Shown one piece after another: positions 20,401-29,098 of a stretch of DNA of 64,000 nucleotides. Source of the stretch: Anaerolineae bacterium (lineage in GTDB: Bacteria; Chloroflexota; Anaerolineae; S140-20). The stretch lies in contig JALUTT010000152.1 of NCBI GenBank assembly GCA_027021705.1, positions 1-64,000 on the forward strand, given 5' to 3'. Under the pieces are notes generated by a model. That model made no database searches, had not been told where the DNA came from, and saw only the letters and a list, made by a program, of their open reading frames with translations. The position numbers and the translations under genes were made by a program. Each line of letters opens with the position of its first letter. The stretch's first letter is position 1.

Positions 20401-20787
20401 GCGGTTGCTGTTGGGGAAGAGGGAGGGGTCAATGCGCAGCCCTCGGGCGGCCCGGAAAGCTTGCCGTCGGATGATGGCGACCCGGCGGGCGAGGTACTCG
20501 TCCTCGGACTCATTGGGGTCGCAGTCCTCTTCTGGTCCGGGCTCCGCCAGCACGTTGGACTGCCAGAGGAAGGGGGGAGAACCGGTGCACGGTTGCCCAT
20601 CGAGCCGCTGACCCTGAAGGGGCTGGTAGGTCACAGCCCAGCGGGCCGCTTCGCGGGCGGCGTGCTGGACGGCCAAGTGCCCTTGGAAGATCAGGGCCGT
20701 CTCGATGACCGCCAGCATAATCATCAGCAGGATGGGCAGAATCAGAGCGAATTCGACAAGCCCCTGGCCTCTCTCGCGTCTGAACAT
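17443..20787 (-). CDS. Giant TadE-like pilin-adhesin (Ig-like, CARDB, DUF1349-like and carboxypeptidase-regulatory-like domains)
   Basis: ERGQGLVEFALILP..AAREAARWA; TDNTGRA Ig-like; PDLII/ETQEDNN CARDB; WAKAGLMVR..PVWVRLVR; DGTYSFYNLPPGTY. Confidence 0.75.
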   Translation of the reverse strand: MFRRERGQGLVEFALILPILLMIMLAVIETALIFQGHLAVQHAAREAARWAVTYQPLQGQRLDGQPCTGSPPFLWQSNVLAEPGPEEDCDPNESEDEYLARRVAIIRRQAFRAARGLRIDPSLFPNSNREFQDSVVNSAPNFFGVRIWGFDRFQQEGEPPPTPIPDHPGLQGLPIQVEVIHNVAILDPIFQRVIIEARRLAGLPPSPIITVRATTQMINEGVQVGMGDSPVPSFGTPPPINTPTPCLGGACPTNTPSGPPPTYTPTPTPPPRPQRLVLEPDLVTNTLPLEPSHQFTAQVWDEFNQPIEGLSVSFSTDAGGFSPDGVSPRYIEVPTDNTGRATVTIYANEPATATIRAWVDVNGDNRYSVGEITDVAPSTKVWNPPGTPWIAVSHIEAIPLQRIRVSLYDHVTPGSYDVCFITEAGRLVAVIAANVSVDTEGNALNLDYQIPVDAEGRYRVVSRDPTSPACGGATDVAQSEIITVQPPPPDLIIERIGVPSYPITPNTYITVPLYVRNLAPVVITSTTFDNDLYLDPSLTPPFPSQPGVYKAWLNGIGANETKVVTTVLYVEEGIHTLWGQADTSNQVNEETQEDNNVTGPITVTAVCGPPLFPYGDGFWDESLDTSRWTFTGIGNPGSGGQVIEENGTLTIVGPGGSIWGTSDRFWFLYQRITGDFDISVKINWGPGGAEWAKAGLMVRRSTAANSRRVMVMKTNLHGLQFAYRSSDGGTTQRFANDTAVSMPVWVRLVRRANTFTAYYSSDGYNWTEAGSVNVNMGNTALVGLAYSPYTTSSSQWPRYSANFDDFDCPMGDPPPPPPPRPPGLQVCNQIFSVNGLEVGSDEWYPPNGPWAHGDEPGAVVKSGGPPAPYDGAYMLRLRADTNIFDGTVYHPWVRQEVLMPAEIPTDTINTAILSFARYVDNRGADDPDELDLRIRQGTGDARTAGTVIQEGIQLADGTQRDWEVVTRDLFASDLVPSYAYAGQALQIEFYAPNDGTADTWYFLDELYFEVCMEEPRPQPEPDKGSIGGQTTVLLAGIPTALSGVNVWAYAPGGELYYTYSIQDGTYSFYNLPPGTYTVYAEVQVGGRLYTGMIQVTVTAGDHSINDDHILLLPS

Positions 20788-21095
20788 GGGCGCACCTCTT
20801 CGATCCCTTGTCCCCGTGCTGGAACCTCAGCCGTTCCCACCTGTGGCGGTTTGCGGTGGGAGGGTGGGGCGCTGGGGTCCTAACTCACGGGTGGTGTCGG
20901 TCTTTATGCTGCGGTGGGGGACCGGTCCTCTTAGACCGGCTTCCTGGCAGCCCTAGACATTCGAGATTATACAAAGGATGAGAACTGGCGACAACAGGAT
21001 GATGGTACTACCAGGAGTCGGCGGCCAGGAGGGGCAGCATGCTTTGGTGCGCCGTGAGAGACCTACAGGTAGAGTCGTTAAGGGTTGTTAAGGTG

Positions 21096-21119
21096 AAGCC
21101 CCATCCCAAGATGGGGCTT
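21096..21119 (-). terminator. Stem-loop downstream of flp
   Basis: AAGCCCCATC-CCAA-GATGGGGCTT perfect 10-bp stem. Confidence 0.6.
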
Positions 21120-21151
21120 CTGAGGATGATAGGTTGGTTGAAGGCAACGAA

Positions 21152-21298
21152 TTACAGGGCGCTGACGATGTTGCTGAACACGTTGCCGATGGTGGGCCCC
21201 AGGATCGCCAGAATGACAATCACAACGATAGCCACCAACACAAGGATCAACGCATACTCAACCAACCCCTGTCCTTCCTCTCGCGGCAGGTACAACAT
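21152..21298 (-). CDS. flp: Flp family type IVb major pilin
   Basis: EEGQGLVEYALILVLVAIVVI motif; strong RBS AAGGAGGTGA. Confidence 0.92.
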   Translation of the reverse strand: MLYLPREEGQGLVEYALILVLVAIVVIVILAILGPTIGNVFSNIVSAL

Positions 21299-21425
21299 GA
21301 CGTTCACCTCCTTTCTTAGCAAATTTACGAGGTACACAGGGGAGTCCCCTCGTAGCTGCTCTCATTATAGCCCAAAGCGCCAAAAGCACAATAGGACCTG
21401 TTTCCTATTACCTGCGAGGAGAAGG

Positions 21426-21580
21426 CGGTGATTACCCACAGGTGAGCGGGAGAGTGGTCCGTAGCAGGCCGTCCACGAATTTCTCACCAATGCACGAATG
21501 AGGCGGTCCTTAATTCGTGTATTCGTGCCCCATTCGTGGACGGCTCGTCTCCCTATCTCCAAAGATATGGGTAATCACCG
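21426..21580. mobile_element. 155-bp MITE-like element, copy B
   Basis: Same terminal inverted repeats and internal sequence as copy A. Confidence 0.8.
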
Positions 21581-21594
21581 GTGAGGAGAAGCCC

Positions 21595-21623
21595 TTGACG
21601 ATTTTGCGCGGGTATGGTATCAT
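21595..21623 (+). promoter_or_regulatory. sigma70-type promoter of the SAM riboswitch/metB transcript
   Basis: TTGACG-17 bp-TATCAT with TG extended -10. Confidence 0.65.
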
Positions 21624-21651
21624 CCTGCCCCAAACTGAATACAACCGGATG

Positions 21652-21808
21652 CTCATCCAGAGAGGTGGAGGGACCGGCCCTGTGAAGCCTCGGCAACCAG
21701 TCTGGAGGCTGGATGGGAGCGACGACATCTTCGGTACAACGACGGCTCCGCCCAACGTCCAGACCCGGTGCCAATTCCGGCAGAAGGTTTTACCTTCTGA
21801 AAGATGAG
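21652..21808 (+). ncRNA. SAM-I (S-box) riboswitch
   Basis: CTCATCCAGAGAGGTGGAGGGACCGGCCCTGTGAAGCCTCGGCAACC...GGTGCCAATTCC...AAAGATGAG; lies upstream of a methionine-biosynthesis gene. Confidence 0.93.
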
Positions 21809-21831
21809 AGATCACGGTGGAACGTGATGAT

Positions 21832-21858
21832 GCCTCTTCTTTCAGAAGAGGCTTTTTT
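21832..21858 (+). terminator. Riboswitch expression-platform terminator
   Basis: GCCTCTTCT-TTC-AGAAGAGGC followed by T6. Confidence 0.8.
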
Positions 21859-21932
21859 CGTCGGCCAGGCCGCTGCACTCTGGAGGGGGCAGGGGCCTTT
21901 TTCGTTATCCACACGGAGAGAGGAGGCAAGCG

Positions 21933-23192
21933 GTGAACCCAGGAAGTTCGACTTGTGCGGTGCACGCGGGGGAGAGAGGGGAGAGGCCCTACCACGCCCT
22001 GACGACACCCGTGGTCCAGACTTCGACCTTCACCTTTCGAGACACGGAGGACTTGGTGGGGTTTATGCGAGGTCGGATGTGGGGGGAGGTGGAAGGGCGG
22101 GTGGACTACGGGCGCTACGGGAACCCGACGGTGACGGCTGCGGAGCAGAAGCTGGCCGCCCTGGAGGGCGGAGAGGCTGCGTTGCTTCTCTCCAGCGGCA
22201 TGGCGGCAGTGACCCTCGTTTTCCTCTCGTTCCTCTCGACCGGCACCCACCTGATCCTGACTGATGACTGTTACCGGCGCACCCGCCAGTTCGCCCGTCA
22301 GTTTCTCCGGCGCTGGGGCATTGATGTGACTGTGGTGCCGATGGGCGACTATGAAGCGCTGGAGCAGGCCATCCGCCCCAAAACCCGCCTCATCTTCTCC
22401 GAGTCGCCCACCAACCCCTATCTGCGGGTTCTGGACCTGCCGCGTGTGGTCGAGATCGCCCATCGTCACGGCGTTAAGGTGGCAGTGGACGCTACCTTCG
22501 CCACCCCCATCAACCAGCGTCCTCTGGAGTTCGGTGTGGACCTGGTGATCCACAGCGCGACCAAGTACCTGGGTGGTCATAACGATCTGCTGGCCGGCGT
22601 CGTCATTGGCTCGGCTCCGCTGATCAACTTGCTGCGGGAGACCCAGGCCGTGGTGGGGGCTGTGCTGGACCCCCACACTGCCTACCTGCTGATCCGGGGG
22701 CTTAAGACGCTGGCCCTGCGGGTGGCCCACCAGAACGAGAGTGCTCTCCAAGTGGCCCGCTTCCTGGAGCACCATCCCTTGGTCCGTCGGGTCTACTACC
22801 CGGGCCTTCCCAGCCACCCGGACCACGCCATCGCCATCGCCCAGATGGAGGGCTTCGGCGGCGTCGTTAGCTTTGAGTTGGCGACAGACCTGGCGGGCAC
22901 CGTGGCCTTCGTGGACGCTCTCCAGATCCCCCGCATCGGCCCCAGCCTGGGTGGGGTGGAGAGCTTGGTCAACCAGGTGGCCCTTACCTCCTACTACGAC
23001 CTGGGGCCGGAGGGATGGGCGGAGGTGGGTATCAGTGCCGGACTGGTCCGCCTGGCCGTCGGGGTCGAGGATCCTCAGGACCTCATCGCCGACCTGGCCC
23101 AGGCGCTGGAGGCGGCGGCCCGTGCCGATGCGCCTTCGGGGTGGCTGGAGGCGGTCTCTCCGGTCCCGCTGGAGCAGACCTCTACACCCTGA
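21933..23192 (+). CDS. metB: Cystathionine gamma-synthase / trans-sulfuration PLP enzyme
   Basis: YGRYGNPT, ESPTNP, HSATKYLGGHND, RGLKTL, SLGGVESL; under S-box control. Confidence 0.8.
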   Translation: MNPGSSTCAVHAGERGERPYHALTTPVVQTSTFTFRDTEDLVGFMRGRMWGEVEGRVDYGRYGNPTVTAAEQKLAALEGGEAALLLSSGMAAVTLVFLSFLSTGTHLILTDDCYRRTRQFARQFLRRWGIDVTVVPMGDYEALEQAIRPKTRLIFSESPTNPYLRVLDLPRVVEIAHRHGVKVAVDATFATPINQRPLEFGVDLVIHSATKYLGGHNDLLAGVVIGSAPLINLLRETQAVVGAVLDPHTAYLLIRGLKTLALRVAHQNESALQVARFLEHHPLVRRVYYPGLPSHPDHAIAIAQMEGFGGVVSFELATDLAGTVAFVDALQIPRIGPSLGGVESLVNQVALTSYYDLGPEGWAEVGISAGLVRLAVGVEDPQDLIADLAQALEAAARADAPSGWLEAVSPVPLEQTSTP

Positions 23193-23205
23193 GGCAGTCC
23201 GGCGG

Positions 23206-24678
23206 CTATCCCATCATCGGGGTACCCCGCATCTCCATCGGCTGGCCCATCAGCCAGAGGGCCGCCAGCAGCAGGAGCAGCAGCAGGCCGGCCCAAGGCA
23301 GGAAAGCCTGCCAGGTTCGCTGGGGGGCGTCTTGAGCGGCCAGGCGGTAGGCCACCAACAGCGATCCGACCCAACCCAGGACGATGAAGCCCAACTCGAG
23401 AGGGAAGAGCCAGTCCATCGGGATCAGGGGGCCTGGGTAGGGGAGGCCGAAGTTGGCCCCTTGGGAGGGGAGCCCCACGCTTGCTCCCCCCAGCCTCGCC
23501 CACAGCCCATGCAACGCGGGCAGAAAGGTCCAGAAGCCGGTCAGGAAGTGGAAGCTGTAGTGGGCCAGCCAGATGCCGAAGCCCAAGGGTACCAGGGCGT
23601 AGGCGTAGCGGGTCATCAGGGGGAGCAGCCCCCCGCGCAGGCCGGCCCAGCGGCGGGCCAGTCCGCCAGCCAACCCCAGGAGCAGCACCGGTTCGACGAC
23701 GAGGGCGATGATGAAGAGCAGCCCCAGCACCGGAGCCTCGGAGCGGGTCCCCAGCAGGTTTCCCAACCAGGCCTCTACCGTGTAGATGGGACTGACCATT
23801 CCGAAGGCGTTGAGCAAAGCTCCGAAGGTGAAGACGGCGGCCAGAGCGGCCAGGTCGGGACGTCGGGAGAAACGTCCGATGCCGGAGCGCCAGAGGCCGG
23901 ACCAGAGCTCGCTGGCCGGCAGCCGGGGCAGGATGCCCACGTTGTCGTAGGGACAGGCGTGCACGCAGTCCAGGCAGAAGGTGCAGTCCATGTTCCCCAC
24001 CTTTCGGGCCTGGAAGAGCCCTAGTTCACATCCCCGCTGTTTTCCTCTCCCACGGATGCAGTCCTTGGTCCGGCAGTCGGCGCAAACCTGAGGATCGCGC
24101 ACTCGCACCTCCAAGGGGGAGACCAGGGAGGCGACGAAGTTGAACTGGCCGATGGGGCAGAGGTACTTGCAGAAAGGGGCTCCCCGGAAGAGGCCATCTA
24201 CCAGCAAGAGGATGACAAAGTAGGCGACGACGAGCCAGGCCGTCCACCAGGGGGTGGCCCACAGGTCGAAGAGTTCGTAGGCGAAGAGGAGCAGGACCAG
24301 CAGGAGGATGCCCATCCCTTTGTGACGCAGCCGGCGAGGCCAAACCCACGTCGGACGGAGGAAGCGTCGGAGCAGGTTGCGGGGCAGCATAAAGGGGCAG
24401 GCTAGACAGAAGAGATTGCCCGCGACGAGCAGTGCCAGGATGATGAGCCCCCGGTAGTGAACCCAGGCCAAGACCGTGGCCAGGTTCCCAGAGGCCCGTT
24501 GTGGCCCCTGCAGCCCGTCCAGCACCATCAGCAGGGCGATCAGCGTCAAGGGGACTTGCAACGTTGTCCGAGCATGACGCCAGCGCAGGAAACGCCCCAG
24601 GCCCGGCAGGGCTATCAGATCCACGGACGTGGAAGCCGATGAAGGGGTGGAGGGGGAGAGGGTGGTCTGCGTCGTCAT
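23206..24678 (-). CDS. Membrane 4Fe-4S protein (FesM/NosR-NapH-like polyferredoxin)
   Basis: FCLACPF, FCKYLCPIG, CTFCLDCVHACP, many TM helices. Confidence 0.75.
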   Translation of the reverse strand: MTTQTTLSPSTPSSASTSVDLIALPGLGRFLRWRHARTTLQVPLTLIALLMVLDGLQGPQRASGNLATVLAWVHYRGLIILALLVAGNLFCLACPFMLPRNLLRRFLRPTWVWPRRLRHKGMGILLLVLLLFAYELFDLWATPWWTAWLVVAYFVILLLVDGLFRGAPFCKYLCPIGQFNFVASLVSPLEVRVRDPQVCADCRTKDCIRGRGKQRGCELGLFQARKVGNMDCTFCLDCVHACPYDNVGILPRLPASELWSGLWRSGIGRFSRRPDLAALAAVFTFGALLNAFGMVSPIYTVEAWLGNLLGTRSEAPVLGLLFIIALVVEPVLLLGLAGGLARRWAGLRGGLLPLMTRYAYALVPLGFGIWLAHYSFHFLTGFWTFLPALHGLWARLGGASVGLPSQGANFGLPYPGPLIPMDWLFPLELGFIVLGWVGSLLVAYRLAAQDAPQRTWQAFLPWAGLLLLLLLAALWLMGQPMEMRGTPMMG

Positions 24679-24700
24679 AGTGCGGATCCTCTCCTCCTGG

Positions 24701-25315
24701 TCACCGGGACAACAGCTGCCGGATGTCGTAGGTGATGTCCTCAGCGGGGGTGCCGAAGGCGTGGCTCAACACCCAGCGTCCTTCCTGGTCGAGGAGGTAG
24801 GTCCGCGCCGTGTGGTTCACCAGGTAACTCGAGGCAGTCTCCGCAGTCGTCACCTTCTCGCGGTAGACGCCGAAGGCTTTGTAGACCGCCTCCAGTTCCT
24901 CGGGGGTGCCGGTGAGCCCGAAGAAGTCGGGGCTGAAGAGGGTGACGTGCTCTCTCAGCCGCTCCGGCGTGTCTCGCTCGGGGTCTACGGTGATGAAGAC
25001 AAAGCGGACTCGGTCGGCGTCATCTCCCAGCGCCTCACGGACTTGCTTCCAAGTGGACAAGGTCGCCGGGCAGACGTCGGGGCAGTGGGTGTAACCGAAG
25101 AAGAGGAGGACGATACGGCCTCGTTGGTCGCTGAGGCGGAAGGGCTGCCCGTCGTAGTTGGTGAGCACGAAGTCCGACGCCGGTTGGGGGGGCTGGATTA
25201 CCGTCCCCCGGAAGGTGGGGGCCGATGACCCACAAGCGGTGAGCAGGAGTCCTATGACGAGGGTGACGAGGATGAGCCTCAGGTGGCACTGGAGTGAGCG
25301 AGTTGGTTGATGCAT
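24701..25315 (-). CDS. SCO family copper chaperone (lipoprotein)
   Basis: LTAC lipobox; FFGYTHCPDVCP; VDPERDT; H ligand. Confidence 0.92.
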   Translation of the reverse strand: MHQPTRSLQCHLRLILVTLVIGLLLTACGSSAPTFRGTVIQPPQPASDFVLTNYDGQPFRLSDQRGRIVLLFFGYTHCPDVCPATLSTWKQVREALGDDADRVRFVFITVDPERDTPERLREHVTLFSPDFFGLTGTPEELEAVYKAFGVYREKVTTAETASSYLVNHTARTYLLDQEGRWVLSHAFGTPAEDITYDIRQLLSR

Positions 25316-25349
25316 CGGATCGCTACCCTTTCATTTAGCTAGAGATTGG

Positions 25350-25642
25350 TTAGCTGGAGGTTGGTCGGAGAACGTTGCGGGTGCTTCCCAGGATGACTAG
25401 GCCGGCCCAAAAGGTGGCCGCCTCGGTCAGGTGGGGGGCCGGGACCACATCGGCAGCCGAAGGGGTGCGTTGGCAATCCCCAGGCCGAGCTGAAGGGCCG
25501 GCAGAAGCCCTGATCCGAGGGCGAAGTGCTGTAGTGGGCTTTCCCCGGGGCGGCGCACCACCCATCCCACCAGCACCGGGGCCAGGGGGGCGACGCCAAG
25601 GGCCACGTAGTAGAATTGTACTCGCCAGAGCGGAGAAGGCAA
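25350..25642 (-). pseudogene. Frameshifted remnant resembling the C-terminal half of COX15/CtaA heme A synthase
   Basis: LQLGLGIANAPLRLPMWSR then, after a frame change at a C-run, HLTEAATFWAGLVIL; lies next to ctaB. Confidence 0.5.
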
Positions 25643-25810
25643 GTAGCACCGTGGGATCGGGACGGTTTTGGGACGAGGGGCGATCTACCGTTGAGATAGC
25701 CTCAGGCCTCTCCGTGCTGATGGCCTCATCTCAGGAGAGGCTCCCGCGCCGACCGGCCGGCGCGGGAGCCTGGGCCCTTTGTGGGCTTGATAGGATGCGC
25801 GATACCCTCC

Positions 25811-26758
25811 CTACACCAGCGCATCCACGCAGATCATCACCAGCACGAGGGCGAGATAGAGGTTCGAGGCATGGAAGAGTTGGTAAGCCTTCTTGGCCTC
25901 GGGTCTCGCTGCTAACTGGAGGTTGTGTCCTAGCAGGACGACGGTCGCCGCGCTCACAGGCATCAGGTAGATCCAGCCCAGGGTCGGGTGCCCGGTCAAC
26001 AGAAGGGCTGCCAGCGCTGTTGCCACCGTGTGCAGCAGCACCCATCGGGCCGCTGTGCGTCCCTCGACCTTGACCGGCAGCATGGGGATCCCCCCCCGGG
26101 CGTAGTCCTGCCGGTAGACCATCGCCAGGCTCCAGAAGTGGGTTGGCGTCCAGAGGAAGACGAGCAGGGCCAACACCACCGCTCCGGGGTCGTTCCAAGC
26201 CCTGGTCGCTGCGCTCCCGCTGAGGACGGCGGCGCTACCCGCCGCGCCCCCGATGACGATGTTCAGCAGGGTACGGGGTTTCAACCAGAGGGTGTAGATG
26301 CCCACGTAGATGGCAGCCCCCAACAGCAGGAAGAAGCCCAAGGCTGCATTGAAGGGCACCACGCCCAAGGCGGGGAGCAGGATCATCAGTGTGGCGACGT
26401 AGGGCACCCAGTCAGGACGGGTGATGGAGCCGGTCACCAGAGGGCGTTGGCGTGTGCGGACCATCAGCGAGTCGGTCTCCTTCTCCAAGTACTCGTTGAG
26501 AGCCGAGGCCCCGGCTGCCGAGAGCCCTCCGGTGACCAGGAGCAGCAGCAGGGGACCGGTGCCGGGCCACCCCCGTGCTCCCAAGAAGGCCCCACCTACG
26601 GCTGCGAAGAGGAGCAAGGCCACAATGCGCAGCTTGAAGAGCACCACCAGGGTCCGTGCAAGGGTGGCGATGGGTCGGCGAGGGGCGATCACGGTCTCCT
26701 TCAGCGACCCCGTCTCTGGCCTCCCCTCAGCATCCACGGTCGTTACGAAGGTGTTCAT
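25811..26758 (-). CDS. ctaB: Protoheme IX farnesyltransferase (heme O synthase)
   Basis: D..M.RTRQRPL, YT..LKPRT..NIVIGG.AG, WTPTHFWSLA. Confidence 0.93.
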   Translation of the reverse strand: MNTFVTTVDAEGRPETGSLKETVIAPRRPIATLARTLVVLFKLRIVALLLFAAVGGAFLGARGWPGTGPLLLLLVTGGLSAAGASALNEYLEKETDSLMVRTRQRPLVTGSITRPDWVPYVATLMILLPALGVVPFNAALGFFLLLGAAIYVGIYTLWLKPRTLLNIVIGGAAGSAAVLSGSAATRAWNDPGAVVLALLVFLWTPTHFWSLAMVYRQDYARGGIPMLPVKVEGRTAARWVLLHTVATALAALLLTGHPTLGWIYLMPVSAATVVLLGHNLQLAARPEAKKAYQLFHASNLYLALVLVMICVDALV

Positions 26759-26819
26759 CCATCCTCCTTCTCCACGTCACGCGCTTTCAGGTGGGGGCGG
26801 TTGCCGGAGCGCAACGGGC

Positions 26820-27263
26820 CTATTCGCACTTCAGGTTGGCGATGAAAGCGGCCAGCAGGTCAATCTCTTCGTCGGTGAAGATCTGGCCGAAGTTTTGAGG
26901 CATAAGGTTTGCCGGGTAACCAGGCGCGATTTCGGCATTCGGGTCCAGGATGGACTCGCGCAGGAATTCGACATCCTCCTCGCCGGCCTGCACCTCCTCG
27001 GCAGGATCGCACCACGATGGTCCTATTGTGCCGGTTGCACCCTCGATGCCTGGGATGATGTGACACGAGCCGCATCCTCCCTTTTCGATCAGGGGCTGCG
27101 CCTGGTCTACGGAGGGGGCAGGAGGCAGGTTGCCGGTGGTCTCCGCGGGGGTGGGGGCAGGGGTAGACCTTCCACAACCGCTGATCACAAGGGCCAGGAT
27201 GACCAGGATGCCGACCAGGAACGGAACCGCTTGGGCGAACTGGACCTGCTTTTGTCGGAACAT
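26820..27263 (-). CDS. Monoheme cytochrome c lipoprotein
   Basis: ISGC lipobox; CGSCH; ESILDPNA..PGY..NLMP. Confidence 0.85.
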   Translation of the reverse strand: MFRQKQVQFAQAVPFLVGILVILALVISGCGRSTPAPTPAETTGNLPPAPSVDQAQPLIEKGGCGSCHIIPGIEGATGTIGPSWCDPAEEVQAGEEDVEFLRESILDPNAEIAPGYPANLMPQNFGQIFTDEEIDLLAAFIANLKCE

Positions 27264-27276
27264 AGGTCTCCTCCCA

Positions 27277-28107
27277 TCAGCTTTTGGGGACAGGGTTCCC
27301 CGGCGTTCTCTGCTCCTTGCTGCTGATGTAGCGCAGGTAGCCACCGCCCAGGATCAAGGCGAAGATGAACCACTGGATGGCATACCCCAGATGGGGGCCG
27401 TCGGAGAGGTCGAACGAGGGCTCGCTCCGGTAGGGCAGGTGGGTTCCATCGTCGTCCGACGGGGCCTGCAGGATGTAGATGGGCAGCAGATCGTAGGGCA
27501 TCTGGGCTTGCAGGGCCGGGATGTCAATCCGATACCAGGTGCTCTGGAACGAAGGAGAGGCGGCGGCCTTTCCGTCGGTCCTGCCCCGGGGCGGTGGCTG
27601 GGAGAGCTGGAGGAAGCCGGTGATGACGACGGTTCCCGGCTTGTCGAATTGGGACCATCGTTCGGGTGCGGCCTCGGCCTCCGGGATCCAGCCCCGGTCC
27701 ACCAGCACCGCTCGGTTGCTTCCCTCGATGCGCAGGGGAGCGACCAGGTGAATGCCCGGTGTTCCCATCCAGTTCTGGTAGAGCAGCGCGACCTGGCGGG
27801 TGAAGTCGAACTGCCCGCGCACGGTGACCCGGCGGTTTTTCAGGACGTTGGGGTCTGCTGGGAGGGGGGCATCGGTTAGATCCAACGGGGGCAAGGCCAG
27901 TTGCCGGGCGATCTGGCCATTACGGGCCCGGCGCTGTGCCAGCCGGTCCAATTGCCAGAAGCCCAGTCGCACCATAACGGCCATTGCTGCCAGTACCAGC
28001 AGTGTGGTCCACCACCACCGGCGACCGAAGGGGGTGAGCAGCGATCTTCCGAGGGCTCGGAGCTTCGCTGAGCTGGGTGTCCGGTCTTTACCGTTGCCCA
28101 TGGGCAC
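27277..28107 (-). CDS. SURF1 family protein
   Basis: LGFWQLDRL, VLVDRGWIP, HLGYAIQWF. Confidence 0.92.
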   Translation of the reverse strand: MPMGNGKDRTPSSAKLRALGRSLLTPFGRRWWWTTLLVLAAMAVMVRLGFWQLDRLAQRRARNGQIARQLALPPLDLTDAPLPADPNVLKNRRVTVRGQFDFTRQVALLYQNWMGTPGIHLVAPLRIEGSNRAVLVDRGWIPEAEAAPERWSQFDKPGTVVITGFLQLSQPPPRGRTDGKAAASPSFQSTWYRIDIPALQAQMPYDLLPIYILQAPSDDDGTHLPYRSEPSFDLSDGPHLGYAIQWFIFALILGGGYLRYISSKEQRTPGNPVPKS

Positions 28108-28996
28108 GTCCTTCCAGGCCAGGGGCGATCATCGCCTCGTCGGTCGCCCATCGAGATTCGGGTAGCAAGGGCTTCTGGTCCTCTGCCTGGATCAGCCGGG
28201 TGATGAGGATGAGGGCGGCGAGCAGGTACATCATGCTGCCTGGGATCCACATGATCACCCCACCCAGTCGCTGGTCGGCGATGGGGGTCATCCCCCAAGC
28301 CCGAGGGATGGTGGCGTAGTAGGTGTAGATGGGCGTCTGGGCGAAGGCGATGGCAACTCCGGTGAGCATGTTGGGTGGTACGACGCTGAGCAGGTAGGCG
28401 AGGCGGGCCCCCTGCGAGAAGCGGTGCAGCCGTGGACCGGCGGCGGTGGCGTGCCACCAGAAGAGCATCCCTGAACCGAAGAAGCTGAGGTGCTCCAGAT
28501 CATGCACCAGGTCGGAACGGAGGGCGGCGTTGTAAGCGCCGGGGTCGTGCCAGCCCAGAAAGATGGCGATGAAGAGCATCCAAGTCAGCCCCGGCGTGGT
28601 GGCCGTGCGCAGGAACTGTCGGAAGGGGGCCTGTCGGCGGAAGAGTCGGACGACTTCCTCCTGCACACCCGCCGGCAACCCCCACAGGATGAAGGGGAAG
28701 GGGTTGGCCGCCAGCAGGAGGGGCGGGGCCAGCATCATCAGGAGGAGATGCTGGATCATGTGGACGAAGAAGAGGTAGGAGCCCAAAGTATCAATGGGGG
28801 AGAGCAGGGCCAGGGCGAGGGCCGTCAGTCCTCCCATATAGGAGGCCAGCCTCCATCTAGCCGCGAGCCGTCCCCGGCCCTGCTGTCGCAGACGCCACCA
28901 GCCTCGGCCAAAGATCGCGCCGGCCAGGACGAGGACCAAGACGACCTCGGGCCGCCATTCCCAGGATCGCAACGCCAAACTCCAGCGTGGGTCCAC
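28088..28996 (-). CDS. ctaG: Cytochrome c oxidase assembly factor CtaG (caa3 type)
   Basis: HMIQHLLL..APPLL, WH.P..Y, LEH, DQRLGG.IMWIPG. Confidence 0.88.
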   Translation of the reverse strand: MDPRWSLALRSWEWRPEVVLVLVLAGAIFGRGWWRLRQQGRGRLAARWRLASYMGGLTALALALLSPIDTLGSYLFFVHMIQHLLLMMLAPPLLLAANPFPFILWGLPAGVQEEVVRLFRRQAPFRQFLRTATTPGLTWMLFIAIFLGWHDPGAYNAALRSDLVHDLEHLSFFGSGMLFWWHATAAGPRLHRFSQGARLAYLLSVVPPNMLTGVAIAFAQTPIYTYYATIPRAWGMTPIADQRLGGVIMWIPGSMMYLLAALILITRLIQAEDQKPLLPESRWATDEAMIAPGLEGRAHGQR

Positions 28997-29098
28997 GGAC
29001 CTTCCTTTCGTTTCGTTGAACGCCCTCCGGGCACTCCGAGCGGATAATCCCCTTCCTTGGCCTGCCGGTGGGTGTCTTGGCAGGGGGCGACCTGACCG

